A stretch of DNA of 35,595 bases from Acutalibacteraceae bacterium (GCA_045655625.1 JAZOPP010000007.1:1-35595), one strand, 5' to 3'. Shown: positions 1-8,502, numbered from the stretch's first letter. The notes: a model not told the origin generated them from the letters alone. Numbers and translations are program-made.

Positions 1-1
1 T

Positions 2-325
2 CAGTTAACTGCGGCACAACTTCTCTCGCTCATGCGCCGCAAAGGGGAAAAGCTGTCGACACTGGCGGCAGTGATGAAAAAATGCCCCCAAACTATAATA
101 AATCTGAAGGTAACAGCCGATGGCAAACGCCATTACTTCACCGATGAGGTGATAAAGGCCGCCGTTGATAAGGCAAAAGCCGATCTCGGCGATACGGGCA
201 GAATAGTTGTTCGTCCTTCGGGCACAGAGCCGCTCATCCGCGTGATGGTCGAGGGCGATGATATGAAGCTTATCGAAAAAATCGCAAAGGAAGTAGCGGC
301 GGTTATCAAAAAACAATTAGCATAA
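2..325 (+). CDS. glmM: Phosphoglucosamine mutase, C-terminal ~107 codons only (5' part off the left edge)
   Basis: The frame is open from base 2. The tail ...GRIVVRPSGTEPLIRVMVEGDD... carries the conserved C-terminal SGTEPxIR loop of alpha-D-phosphohexomutases. TAA at 323-325. It lies directly upstream of glmS, as in the Bacillus-type glmM-glmS arrangement. The Met at 32 in the ORF track is internal. Confidence 0.85.
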   Translation, partial: QLTAAQLLSLMRRKGEKLSTLAAVMKKCPQTIINLKVTADGKRHYFTDEVIKAAVDKAKADLGDTGRIVVRPSGTEPLIRVMVEGDDMKLIEKIAKEVAAVIKKQLA

Positions 326-347
326 ATAAAAGGGGCGGCAATGCCTC

Positions 348-478
348 TTAGCGCCGGGCCTTAGCGGTGTTTCCGCAGGTGACGAGGAGAAGAGTTATCG
401 AAAAATTCGGCGGATGCTCTTCCGGCCAAACGGTCGTAACGATGCGCACAAAAACTTATGGGAAACCGTAAAACAAAA
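348..478 (+). promoter_or_regulatory. glmS ribozyme (GlcN6P-dependent self-cleaving riboswitch) in the glmS leader
   Basis: Reads A(350)GCGCCGGGCC...GGTGACGAGGAGAAGAGTTATCGAAAAATTCGGCGGATGCTCTTCCGGCC. The conserved glmS core strings appear in the correct order: AGCGCC at the cleavage site, GACGAGGA, GUUAUCGAA, UUCGGCGGAUGC and CCGGC. A peripheral helix ACGGT 430-434 / ACCGT 465-469 is present. The element ends ~85 nt before the glmS ATG; the 3' boundary is approximate. Confidence 0.85.
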
Positions 479-561
479 GCGTTTCGAATTTTTGAATTTA
501 AGTTTTGTTAATATAGAGCCCGTAAGGGCGCTTAAATAGTGAAAGCGAGTTTTTTAAATAT

Positions 562-2388
562 ATGTGTGGAATAATTGGATACACCGGAACCCGTCAGGCC
601 GTTCCGGTACTTATAAGTGGCCTCTCGGCACTCGAATACCGTGGTTATGATTCTGCAGGCATCTCGGTTTACGAGGATGGAATAATAACCGTTAAAACCG
701 AGGGCAGAATCAAAAATTTAACCGATAGAATAAAGGCGGGCAGAAAAATCAGAGGCACCTCAGGCATAGGTCACACCCGCTGGGCAACCCACGGTGAGCC
801 GAATGAGCGCAATGCCCATCCGCATCTATCGTCGCGGCTCAGCCTCGTGCATAACGGAATTATTGAGAATTATCTTGAGCTGCAGGAAATGTTGATCTCG
901 GAGGGTTATCGTTTCCGCAGCGAAACCGATACAGAGGTAGCAGCCCACCTTATCGACCATTTTTATAAACAGCATAAGGACCCGATAAAGGCGCTCCACG
1001 CTGCTGCTAAGGCAATTCGCGGCTCCTATGCATTTTGCGTTATGTTCAAGGGCGATCGCGAGAATATCTATGCCATTCGAAGCGGCAGTCCGCTAATATG
1101 CGCCGCTACTTCCAACGGCAGTTATCTTGCGTCCGACATCCCTGCTATTTTGCCCTTCACTAAGGAATATTATCAACTTCCCGAGGGCGTGGTGGCAGAG
1201 GTAACTCCGCAAGGAATTCGCTTCATTGCCGCTGACGACAGCGAAATAACCCCCGAAAAAAAGAAAATAACTTGGAGCGTTGAGGCGGCCAAGAAATGCG
1301 GCTATAACCACTTTATGCTCAAGGAGATAAACGAGCAGGCAGAGGCTGTTAAAAACACCGTTATGCCGCGCCTTAAGGATGGCATTCCATATTTTGATTG
1401 TGACATTCTCGATCGTTCCATTGAGGATATAAGCGAAATAAAAATAATCGGCTGCGGAACCGCATCCCACGCAGGTCTTGTGGGCAAAAGCCTTATTGAG
1501 CGCTTCTCAAGAACCCCGGTATCGGTCGAGATAGCATCGGAATTCCGCTATGGCAATCCGATACTAAATAAAAACACCTTGGTAATTCTCATATCCCAGT
1601 CGGGCGAAACCGCCGATACCATAGCGGCGCTGGAGCTTGCTCGCGCGTCTGGAGCTAAAACTCTGGCTATAGTAAACGTCGTAGGCTCCACCATAGCACG
1701 TCTTGCCGATTACGTTATCTATACCTGGGCGGGTCCTGAAATCTCGGTTGCCTCCACCAAGGCATATACCGTTCAGTGTGCTGTGCTTTATCAAATAGCC
1801 TTTAAGCTCGCGCTTGTTAAAAAGCAGATTTCAGAGGGTCGCTGCCGAGAACTTTGCGATATGCTCGAAAACGCACTCCCTGAGGCTATCGATGCTGCCC
1901 TTAAAATGAGTGGCAGAATAAAGCGCTTATCGGAAAAACTAGCCGAATATGAGGATGTTTTCTTCATAGGTCGCGGAATAGATTCGGTTATCTGTCAGGA
2001 GGGTTCGCTCAAGCTAAAGGAAATATCCTATATCCATAGCGAAGCATATCCTGCAGGCGAACTCAAGCATGGCACCATCTCGCTCATTGATGCCAACGTT
2101 CCCGTTATAACGCTCACAACCGTATCCTCGGTTATGGAGAAAACAATAAGCAACATAAGGGAAACCAAGTCGCGCGGTGCAACTGTATTCTCTGTGTGCA
2201 CCTCTGCGGCGGCAGCGGCGGTCAGCGCCGTCTCGGATTACACTTTGGTGTTGCCCGAAATAAACGAAATTTTCGCACCTATGGTAGCTACTGTAGTTTT
2301 GCAGATACTGGCGTATTACACCGCCGTAGCCCGCGGTTGCGACGTCGATAAACCGCGCAACCTCGCCAAATCGGTAACTGTTGAATAA
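562..2388 (+). CDS. glmS: Glutamine--fructose-6-phosphate aminotransferase (isomerizing)
   Basis: 608 aa. Starts MCGIIGY, the N-terminal nucleophile Cys2 of class II amidotransferases. Two SIS domains follow (...LISQSGETADT...), and the protein ends ...KPRNLAKSVTVE, the typical GlmS C-terminus. It is preceded by the glmS ribozyme. Confidence 0.97.
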   Translation: MCGIIGYTGTRQAVPVLISGLSALEYRGYDSAGISVYEDGIITVKTEGRIKNLTDRIKAGRKIRGTSGIGHTRWATHGEPNERNAHPHLSSRLSLVHNGIIENYLELQEMLISEGYRFRSETDTEVAAHLIDHFYKQHKDPIKALHAAAKAIRGSYAFCVMFKGDRENIYAIRSGSPLICAATSNGSYLASDIPAILPFTKEYYQLPEGVVAEVTPQGIRFIAADDSEITPEKKKITWSVEAAKKCGYNHFMLKEINEQAEAVKNTVMPRLKDGIPYFDCDILDRSIEDISEIKIIGCGTASHAGLVGKSLIERFSRTPVSVEIASEFRYGNPILNKNTLVILISQSGETADTIAALELARASGAKTLAIVNVVGSTIARLADYVIYTWAGPEISVASTKAYTVQCAVLYQIAFKLALVKKQISEGRCRELCDMLENALPEAIDAALKMSGRIKRLSEKLAEYEDVFFIGRGIDSVICQEGSLKLKEISYIHSEAYPAGELKHGTISLIDANVPVITLTTVSSVMEKTISNIRETKSRGATVFSVCTSAAAAAVSAVSDYTLVLPEINEIFAPMVATVVLQILAYYTAVARGCDVDKPRNLAKSVTVE

Positions 2389-2393
2389 AAAAT

Positions 2394-2427
2394 CTCCCGA
2401 ACCTTGCAGGTTCGGGAGTTCTTTTTT
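2394..2427. terminator. Bidirectional intrinsic terminator shared by convergent glmS and the rluA-family gene
   Basis: Stem CTCCCGAACC (2394-2403) / GGTTCGGGAG (2409-2418) with loop TTGCA. A T-run follows on the + strand (2419-2427) and an A-run precedes it, which gives a T-run on the - strand. Confidence 0.85.
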
Positions 2428-3082
2428 ATAATTCGAATTTATTCCAAGGGAAGATTTTGGGAGGCAGGAGTGAAAACTCCATATCTTTACGCGTTTTTGG
2501 ATGGGTGAAAGCAATCTTGTGCGAGAAAAGCGCGATCGAGCACTTATCAGCGGCACCGCCGTAACGCTCATCGCCCACAAGCGGCATTTGTCTTGAGGAA
2601 AACTGCACCCTGATTTGGTGCGTTCTGCCTGTCTCAAGCTCGATTTTCACCAAAGAGAGTATCTCGTTTCCGCACTTTTTGCTGGATATCACTTCATAGT
2701 GCAGTATAGCCTCCTTGGCGCCCTTGCGTTCCCGCTTCACAACGTAAGATTTGCAGTGCTTGGCATCGCGATAAAGAAAATCTCTCATCGTGCCTTTCTC
2801 ATTCTCAGGCATACCGTGTATCACCGCAAGATATTCCTTTTTCATCCTGCGTTCTTTAACCGCAGTTGAGAGAATACCTGCAGCCTCGCGTTGCCTTGCG
2901 TATACCATAACTCCGCCAACTGGTTTATCAAGTCTGTGAACCGCCTCAACGTAGTAGGAGTTGGTCTCGCGTTTTAGCACCTCGGGCAGGTTTTTAGCGC
3001 CCGATGAATCAGCCTGCGAGAGAATGCCCGAAGGCTTTTCGCAAACGATTATCTGTTTATCAAAGTGTAGAACGTTAATCAT
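2426..3082 (-). CDS. RluA-family pseudouridine synthase (no S4 domain)
   Basis: 218 aa. Contains the HRLDKPVGGVMVYA (catalytic HRLD Asp) and GRTHQIRVQF motifs of RluA/RsuA-type pseudouridine synthases. The ATG (3080-3082) overlaps the bioY stop by 8 nt. Confidence 0.85.
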   Translation of the reverse strand: MINVLHFDKQIIVCEKPSGILSQADSSGAKNLPEVLKRETNSYYVEAVHRLDKPVGGVMVYARQREAAGILSTAVKERRMKKEYLAVIHGMPENEKGTMRDFLYRDAKHCKSYVVKRERKGAKEAILHYEVISSKKCGNEILSLVKIELETGRTHQIRVQFSSRQMPLVGDERYGGAADKCSIALFSHKIAFTHPKTRKDMEFSLLPPKIFPWNKFEL

Positions 3083-3590
3083 AAATTTCTTCCAATCTTA
3101 TCCGCTTTCGAATATAAAACGCTGTTATCACCAGCGCAAAATCCTTAAAAATAAAGGGGAGGGAAGCGGTGAGAAAAACACCGCCTGCGTTCGCTCCCGA
3201 AACAAGTGAAAACTGCAAAACACCAACCGCGTGGCAGAGCAAAACTCCGATGCAGGGCATCAAAAAATTAAGTTTACATAATGTGTTTAAACTGCAAAAA
3301 ACCGAAAGCAGCAAAAAACCAAAAATAAATCCGCCGTTCGCGGATGTCAGCACCCCGAGTCCACCACCGAAAAACGAAAAAACCGGCAGCCCGATAGCCC
3401 CCATAATAATGTATGTAGCGGTGCAGGCAAGACCCCATTTAAGTCCGAGCGTATATCCGCAGAGCGCAACGCCGAAAACCTGCAGCGTTACCGGAATACC
3501 AAACGGCGTAGGAACCGAAATCCACGCAAAAAACGCGATTATTATGGCAAATAGAGCGGTTAGAGTGAGTCGCTTACTTTTCGTTTTCAT
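3075..3590 (-). CDS. bioY: Biotin transporter BioY (ECF S-component type)
   Basis: 171 aa and strongly hydrophobic with multiple helices. The N-terminal ...FAWISVPTPFGIPVTLQVFGVALCGYTLGLKWG... is typical of BioY. Its start shares an ATGA overlap with the birA stop. Confidence 0.85.
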   Translation of the reverse strand: MKTKSKRLTLTALFAIIIAFFAWISVPTPFGIPVTLQVFGVALCGYTLGLKWGLACTATYIIMGAIGLPVFSFFGGGLGVLTSANGGFIFGFLLLSVFCSLNTLCKLNFLMPCIGVLLCHAVGVLQFSLVSGANAGGVFLTASLPFIFKDFALVITAFYIRKRIRLEEIYD

Positions 3591-4333
3591 AGTCTTACAC
3601 TAACCTCCCCGAAGGAGATATGCTCCACGCCTTTCGCGGATTTAACAATAAGCGAAAAATCCTCCGTGATACCTAATATGCTGCATTCCTCGCGGCAATC
3701 CTCCCGTACGATTTCGGCACGGTCGGATACGAGTAAACGTTGCTTGTAAAATGCGTGATGTGGTTTGGAGGTTAGGTTAACATAATATTCCTTAAAATTC
3801 TTTATTATCTCGGCAATAAAACGAGCTTTTTCTTCCTCACTGCAGGGGGTTTCGCATATAAATCCCATAATGCTTTCAAGCTCGTCAGGCACTGCCGTTT
3901 TTTCACCGCTGAGGTTAACTCCGATTCCCAAAACGGTAAAGTAATCTTCACCTGAATAAACCGATTCGCAAAGAATTCCGCAAACCTTTTTACCGCCAAT
4001 TATTATATCGTTTACCCATTTGATATTGCTTTTGGCGTTAAAGCAGGTATCAATCGCGCGGCTGACAGCAGCAGCGGCGGCTGTAGTTATCAGGAGCGCG
4101 TTTTCAGCCGATAGGGTAGGGCGAAGTATAATGCTGAGATAAAGCCCACCCTCGGGCGAATAAAACTGTCTTCCAAGCCGTCCTCTGCCGCCCGTTTGCT
4201 TCTTTGCAACAACCGAAAACCATTCTTTTTCGCCCTCTGCCGCCATTCGCTTGGCAACGATGTTGGTCGAATCGGTTTCCTCCAAGCAGAGTGCATCAAT
4301 TCCATATTTTTCTTTCAGTATTTTCTCAAGCAT
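3587..4333 (-). CDS. birA: Biotin--[acetyl-CoA-carboxylase] ligase, class I (no N-terminal HTH)
   Basis: 248 aa. GRGRLGRQFYSPEGGLYLS matches the biotin-protein ligase GRGRxGRxWxSPxGxxLxxS signature. The protein begins directly in the catalytic domain. Confidence 0.9.
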   Translation of the reverse strand: MLEKILKEKYGIDALCLEETDSTNIVAKRMAAEGEKEWFSVVAKKQTGGRGRLGRQFYSPEGGLYLSIILRPTLSAENALLITTAAAAAVSRAIDTCFNAKSNIKWVNDIIIGGKKVCGILCESVYSGEDYFTVLGIGVNLSGEKTAVPDELESIMGFICETPCSEEEKARFIAEIIKNFKEYYVNLTSKPHHAFYKQRLLVSDRAEIVREDCREECSILGITEDFSLIVKSAKGVEHISFGEVSVRL

Positions 4334-4351
4334 CGTATCACCCCCAACCTT

Positions 4352-4383
4352 AAAAAATACCGCCTATGGGGAACCATAGACGG
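4352..4383 (-). terminator. Intrinsic terminator after acpP
   Basis: On the minus strand: CCGTCTATGG (4374-4383) - TTCC - CCATAGGCGG (4360-4369), with one G.U pair, followed by TATTTTTT (4352-4359). It ends 18 nt before the birA ATG. Confidence 0.75.
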
Positions 4384-4389
4384 CAGAGA

Positions 4390-4617
4390 TTACTGTATGC
4401 TCTGTATATAATTTACAACGTCGCCAACAGTTTTGATATTTTCAATGTTCTCATCGGGAATTTCGATTTCGAACTCATCCTCGATAGACATTATAAGCTC
4501 AACAACGTCCAAGCTGTCAGCGCCTAAATCGGCGGCAACGTCGGTTTCCATTGTAATTTCGTTCTCATCAGCATCAAGCTGGTTTGCAAGAATAGCACGA
4601 ATCTTTTCAAATACCAT
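4390..4617 (-). CDS. acpP: Acyl carrier protein
   Basis: 75 aa. [27 protein letters not shown] contains the DSLD phosphopantetheine-attachment serine. AGGAGG lies 7 nt upstream of the ATG. Confidence 0.95.
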   Translation of the reverse strand: MVFEKIRAILANQLDADENEITMETDVAADLGADSLDVVELIMSIEDEFEIEIPDENIENIKTVGDVVNYIQSIQ

Positions 4618-4674
4618 AAAAAAACCTCCTGAAAAAGTGCCCCAAAACAGGGGAGAACATATCGTTCTAAAAGA

Positions 4675-4703
4675 ATGATATTCCCGAAAGTTAACTTTGT
4701 CAA
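4675..4703 (-). promoter_or_regulatory. Sigma-A type promoter for acpP
   Basis: On the minus strand: TTGACA (4698-4703) - 17 nt - TATCAT (4675-4680), about 55 nt upstream of the acpP ATG. Confidence 0.65.
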
Positions 4704-4766
4704 CATTTTTTTGAAAAAACGCCTCAACTTTCTTGTGTTTGAGGCTTAAAAACCTAAAAAACGGTG

Positions 4767-4795
4767 TTGCATAATTTATAAAATTAAAGTATAAT
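4767..4795 (+). promoter_or_regulatory. Sigma-A type promoter for proS
   Basis: TTGCAT (4767-4772) - 17 nt - TATAAT (4790-4795). The -10 element ends 34 nt before the proS ATG, so the leader (~25-30 nt) is too short for a T-box. Confidence 0.7.
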
Positions 4796-4829
4796 ATTAC
4801 CGATTATTAAAGAATCGGAGCGTATATTT

Positions 4830-6263
4830 ATGGCTAACGAAAAAATGGTAAAAGCAATAACCTCCATGGATGAGGATTTTGCAAAATGGTACACCGACAT
4901 TGTAGCAAAGGCAGAGCTGATGGATTATTCATCGGTCAAGGGCTGTATGATCATCCGTCCGTATGGCTATGCCATTTGGGAAAATATCCAGAAAATACTT
5001 GATGGTATGTTCAAGGAAACAGGTCACGAGAACGTTTGCATGCCCATGTTCATTCCCGAGAGCCTGCTTCAAAAAGAAAAGGATCACGTTGAGGGCTTTG
5101 CCCCCGAGGTTGCATGGGTCACCCACGGCGGAAATGAAAAGTTGGAGGAACGTCTTTGTGTTCGCCCCACCTCCGAAACTCTTTTCTGCGATCACTATGC
5201 CAATATAGTTCAGTCCTATCGCGATCTGCCCAAGCTTTATAACCAGTGGTGCAGCGTTGTCCGCTGGGAAAAGACCACTCGTCCTTTCCTGCGTTCTCGC
5301 GAGTTCTTATGGCAGGAGGGTCACACCATCCACGCCACCGCTGAGGAGGCAGAAGCAGAAACCGTTCGCATGCTCGATACTTATGCCCGTTTTGCTGAGG
5401 AATTCCTCGCAATCCCCGTTATCAAGGGCGTAAAGACCGAGAAAGAGCGTTTCGCAGGTGCAGTAAACACCTATACTATCGAAGCAATGATGCACGATGG
5501 TAAGGCTCTCCAGAGCGGAACCTCACATTTCTTTGGTGATGGCTTTGCACGCGCATTCAACATCCAGTTTACTGATAAGGAAAACAAGCTTGCTTATCCG
5601 TTCCAGACTTCTTGGGGTGTTTCCACCCGTCTTATCGGCGCAATTATCATGACCCACGGTGATAACGATGGTCTCGTGCTTCCGCCCGCCATCGCACCTA
5701 TCCAGACCGTTGTAATCCCGATTGCATCCCATAAAGAGGGTGTTATCGAAAAGGCAACTGAGGTTTATGAGCGTGTTGCAAAGGTTTGCCGCGCAAAGAT
5801 TGACCTCTCTGAGCAGAGCCCCGGCTGGAAGTTTGCCGAGTATGAGATGAAGGGTGTTCCGCTCCGCGTTGAGTTAGGACCCAAGGATATCGAAAAGAAT
5901 CAGTGCGTTATCGTTCGCCGCGATAATCGCCAGAAATATTTCGTATCTCTCGATGATCTCGAAAGCGAGATCTCCCGCTTGCTCACAGAGATGCGCGACG
6001 CTATGTTCGCCGCCGCTCTCGAGCGCAGAAACAGCATGACCTGGGAAGCACACGACCTTGATGAAATTATCAAGGTTGCCGAAGAAAAGCCCGGCTTTAT
6101 CAAGGCTATGTGGTGCGGATCCCGCGAATGTGAGGAAGCCTTAAAGGAGAAAGCAGGCGTTTCTTCGCGCTGTATCCCGTTTGAGCAGGAGCCCGTGGGT
6201 GATACCTGCGTATGTTGCGGCAAAAAAGCCGATAAAATGCTCTATTGGGGCAAGGCTTATTAA
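4830..6263 (+). CDS. proS: Proline--tRNA ligase, archaeal/eukaryote-like architecture
   Basis: 477 aa class II aaRS. It has no INS editing insertion, and its Cys-containing C-terminal domain ends ...[22 protein letters not shown] lies 9 nt upstream. Confidence 0.93.
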   Translation: MANEKMVKAITSMDEDFAKWYTDIVAKAELMDYSSVKGCMIIRPYGYAIWENIQKILDGMFKETGHENVCMPMFIPESLLQKEKDHVEGFAPEVAWVTHGGNEKLEERLCVRPTSETLFCDHYANIVQSYRDLPKLYNQWCSVVRWEKTTRPFLRSREFLWQEGHTIHATAEEAEAETVRMLDTYARFAEEFLAIPVIKGVKTEKERFAGAVNTYTIEAMMHDGKALQSGTSHFFGDGFARAFNIQFTDKENKLAYPFQTSWGVSTRLIGAIIMTHGDNDGLVLPPAIAPIQTVVIPIASHKEGVIEKATEVYERVAKVCRAKIDLSEQSPGWKFAEYEMKGVPLRVELGPKDIEKNQCVIVRRDNRQKYFVSLDDLESEISRLLTEMRDAMFAAALERRNSMTWEAHDLDEIIKVAEEKPGFIKAMWCGSRECEEALKEKAGVSSRCIPFEQEPVGDTCVCCGKKADKMLYWGKAY

Positions 6264-6283
6264 GAGTTAAAGGGGAGTGCTCT

Positions 6284-7072
6284 ATGCGAGTAACTATTGA
6301 TGATATCAGAGCCAAAAAAGGCTTTATCTGCGATATGGACGGTGTTATCTATCACGGCAACCAGCTCCTTCCCGGTGTGCACGATTTTTTAAATTGGCTA
6401 ACTAAAAATAATAAGCGTTTCTTGTTTTTAACCAACAGCAGCGAGCGTTCTCCGCTTGAGCTTAGTCAAAAGCTCGCCAGAATGGGTCTTGAGGTTGACG
6501 AAAGCCATTTCTATACCAGCGCCCTCGCAACCGCCCATTTCTTAAAGCATCAAAAGCCCGGCTGCTCGGTTTATTGCATCGGCGAAGCAGGTCTTTATAA
6601 TGCGCTTTATAATGCAGGTATATCTATGAACGACGTAAATCCTGATTACGTTGTAGTGGGTGAAACCCAAACCTATAACTATCAGAATATCTGCAAAGCC
6701 GTCAAGTTGGTTAAGGCTGGCGCCAAGCTTATCGGCACCAACCCCGATATGACCGGTCCTGTTGAGGGCAATATGATTGTTCCTGCCTGCCGCGCTCTCG
6801 TGGCACCTATCGAATTGGCAACAGGCAAATCGGCATATTTCCTTGGCAAGCCCAATCCTCTTATGATGCGCACAGGCATCCGCCTGCTGGATTGCGACAC
6901 TAAGGATACCGCTATAATAGGCGACCGTATGGATACCGATATAATAGCGGGTATCGAGTCGGGAGTTGACACTGTTTTGGTGCTCTCGGGCGTAACAAGT
7001 AGGGAAGAACTCAAGGAAATGCCTTATGCACCCCGTTTAATCTTAAACGGCGTAGGCGAAATAGCAGAATAA
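6284..7072 (+). CDS. HAD-IIA family hydrolase (NagD/UmpH-like sugar-phosphate phosphatase)
   Basis: HAD motifs are present: FICDMDGVIYHG (DxDG nucleophile), FLTNSS, GKPNP and IGDRMDTDI. I moved the start from the ORF-track position 6245 to ATG 6284, which has GGAG 6 nt upstream. Position 6245 would overlap the end of proS. Confidence 0.85.
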   Translation: MRVTIDDIRAKKGFICDMDGVIYHGNQLLPGVHDFLNWLTKNNKRFLFLTNSSERSPLELSQKLARMGLEVDESHFYTSALATAHFLKHQKPGCSVYCIGEAGLYNALYNAGISMNDVNPDYVVVGETQTYNYQNICKAVKLVKAGAKLIGTNPDMTGPVEGNMIVPACRALVAPIELATGKSAYFLGKPNPLMMRTGIRLLDCDTKDTAIIGDRMDTDIIAGIESGVDTVLVLSGVTSREELKEMPYAPRLILNGVGEIAE

Positions 7073-7077
7073 TTCGC

Positions 7078-7110
7078 ACCCCGAAGCCTTGTGTTTCGGG
7101 GTTGTTTTTT
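7078..7110 (+). terminator. Intrinsic terminator after the HAD hydrolase gene
   Basis: Stem ACCCCGAA (7078-7085) / TTCGGGGT (7095-7102) followed by TGTTTTTT. Confidence 0.85.
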
Positions 7111-7196
7111 GCCCCGCGCTATACATTATATATATAGGGTCGAAAAACGGCGAAAAAGCGACCCCGAAAACCTTAAATTTTTTTGCAAAAAAACGC

Positions 7197-7225
7197 TTGA
7201 CACAGCACTCCTCTTGTGTTATTAT
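7197..7225 (+). promoter_or_regulatory. Strong sigma-A promoter of the S10-spc-alpha ribosomal supercluster
   Basis: TTGACA (7197-7202) - 17 nt - TATTAT (7220-7225), with TGT immediately upstream of the -10 (extended -10). An A/T-rich UP-like tract AAATTTTTTTGCAAAAAAA lies just upstream. It sits between the preceding terminator and rpsJ. Confidence 0.75.
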
Positions 7226-7501
7226 GTTATGGCACGCAAAGTGTGCAGATATGCGATGATGCAGGAGGTGGCCGACCCCGAGTCGGGAAATTTCTGCGGA
7301 GTATGTCCGATTTTAAACCGGGCGAATGAAACTTAAATGCATTACGGTACTTGCGAATCGTGGTGCAGCGACGCTACGATCATAGCGCCGTACCCGGATG
7401 AAGCTGCAACCCCAGCCCATTCGGTTTTATAATGTGCCTAAAAGAAACACACGGCACTGTGTAAGTTTTGCCCGCCAACTAATTTAAGGAGGCGACCAGT
7501 A

Positions 7502-7813
7502 ATGGCAGTAAAGGAAAAGATCAGAATTCGAATCAAGGGTTACGACCACGCTCTCGTTGACCAGTCGGCTGAAAAGATCGTTGAAACCGCAAAGCGCACC
7601 GGCGCACGCGTTTCGGGTCCCGTGCCGCTCCCCACTGAGAAAGAGGTTGTTACCATTCTTCGCGCTGTTCACAAGTATAAGGATAGCCGCGAGCAGTTCG
7701 AAACCCGCACCCACAAAAGGCTTATCGACGTATTAAGACCTTCCAACAAAACTGTTGAAGCTCTTATGGGTCTTGAGCTCCCCGCCGGCGTAGAGATTGA
7801 AATAAAGCTCTAA
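7502..7813 (+). CDS. rpsJ: 30S ribosomal protein S10
   Basis: 103 aa: [45 protein letters not shown]... AGGAGG lies upstream. First gene of the canonical S10 order. Confidence 0.98.
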   Translation: MAVKEKIRIRIKGYDHALVDQSAEKIVETAKRTGARVSGPVPLPTEKEVVTILRAVHKYKDSREQFETRTHKRLIDVLRPSNKTVEALMGLELPAGVEIEIKL

Positions 7814-7872
7814 TAGCCGACAGGTCATGTTGGCCCCGTGTGGTCAACCAATAACCAAAAGGAGGAAATAAA

Positions 7873-8502
7873 ATGAACAAAGGAATCGTAGGAAAGAAGC
7901 TTGGCATGACCCAGCTCTTCGACGAAAAGGGAAATGTAGTACCGGTAACTGTTATCGAAGCCGGCCCCTGCATGGTTTGCCAGAAGAAGACCGTAGAGAC
8001 TGACGGTTACGAGGCTGTTCAGATCGGCTACGGCGATATGAAGGCTAATAAGGTAAACAAGCCCATGAAGGGACATTTCGCAAAGAATGATGTTGCTCCT
8101 AAGAAGGTACTCCGTGAGTTCCGCATGGACGACATCGCAGCCTTCAACGTTGGCGATGTAATCAAGGCTGACGTATTCGCAGAAGGTGACAAAGTAGATG
8201 TAAGAGGCACCAGCAAAGGTAAGGGCTATGCCGGCGTAATCAAGCGCTGGAACTTCTCCCGCCTTAAGATGTCTCACGGTACCGGTCCTGTTGCCCGTCA
8301 CGGCGGCTCGTTGGGCGTTATCGACCCCGCTCGCGTATTCAAGGGCAAGAAGATGGCCGGTCATCTTGGTGCTGAGCGCGTAACCGTTCAGAACCTCGAT
8401 GTAGTTAAGGTAGACGCTGAAAACAACATCATTGCCGTTAAGGGCGCCGTTCCCGGCCCCAAGGGCGGAATTGTTGTTCTGTTTGACAGCGTTAAGGCCT
8501 AA
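7873..8502 (+). CDS. rplC: 50S ribosomal protein L3
   Basis: 209 aa: [33 protein letters not shown]... AGGAGG RBS. Confidence 0.98.
   Translation: MNKGIVGKKLGMTQLFDEKGNVVPVTVIEAGPCMVCQKKTVETDGYEAVQIGYGDMKANKVNKPMKGHFAKNDVAPKKVLREFRMDDIAAFNVGDVIKADVFAEGDKVDVRGTSKGKGYAGVIKRWNFSRLKMSHGTGPVARHGGSLGVIDPARVFKGKKMAGHLGAERVTVQNLDVVKVDAENNIIAVKGAVPGPKGGIVVLFDSVKA

Noticed and set aside
326-347. Possible terminator AGGGGC...GCCTCT between the glmM stop and the ribozyme.
   Set aside because: The stem is imperfect (one mismatch in 6 bp) and no T-run follows. It is not supportable as a terminator.
3169-3603. A 144-aa plus-strand ORF opposite bioY, and 2014-2637 (207 aa) spanning the glmS 3' end, the terminator and the rluA-family gene.
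   Set aside because: They are antisense to, or run across, confidently assigned genes and a terminator. The products are Pro/Lys/Ser-rich low-complexity sequences, and no RBS is present.
4704-4760. Hairpin GCCTCAA (4721-4727) / TTGAGGC (4739-4745), followed on the minus strand by GTTTTTTCAAAAAAA. It is terminator-like and sits just upstream of the acpP promoter in a divergent intergenic region.
   Set aside because: No minus-strand gene lies upstream to be terminated (proS is on the other strand). It has only a 7-bp stem with an 11-nt loop. It could insulate acpP from antisense transcription, but I cannot support a function from sequence alone.
6245-6283. N-terminal extensions implied by ORF-track starts: 6245 (HAD), 9478 (rplB), 16231 (rplO), 17955 (adk), 19591 (infA), 26593 (membrane protein).
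   Set aside because: In each case a downstream ATG has a proper AGGAG-type RBS and yields the conserved family N-terminus. The extensions overlap upstream genes, RBSs or promoter elements.
7256-7336. A 26-codon ORF (MMQEVADPESGNFCGVCPILNRANET) inside the S10 leader, considered as a leader peptide. It is part of the 81-aa ORF-track entry 7091-7336.
   Set aside because: No Shine-Dalgarno sequence precedes either ATG. The 81-aa version spans a terminator and the promoter. There is nothing to distinguish it from a chance ORF.
7515-7710. GTTCGAA / TTCGAATC strings resembling tRNA T-loops (for example around 7526-7533 and 7696-7702).
   Set aside because: They lie inside the rpsJ coding frame. There are no flanking acceptor or anticodon stems that could form a cloverleaf. 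I found no tRNA or rRNA gene anywhere in the window.
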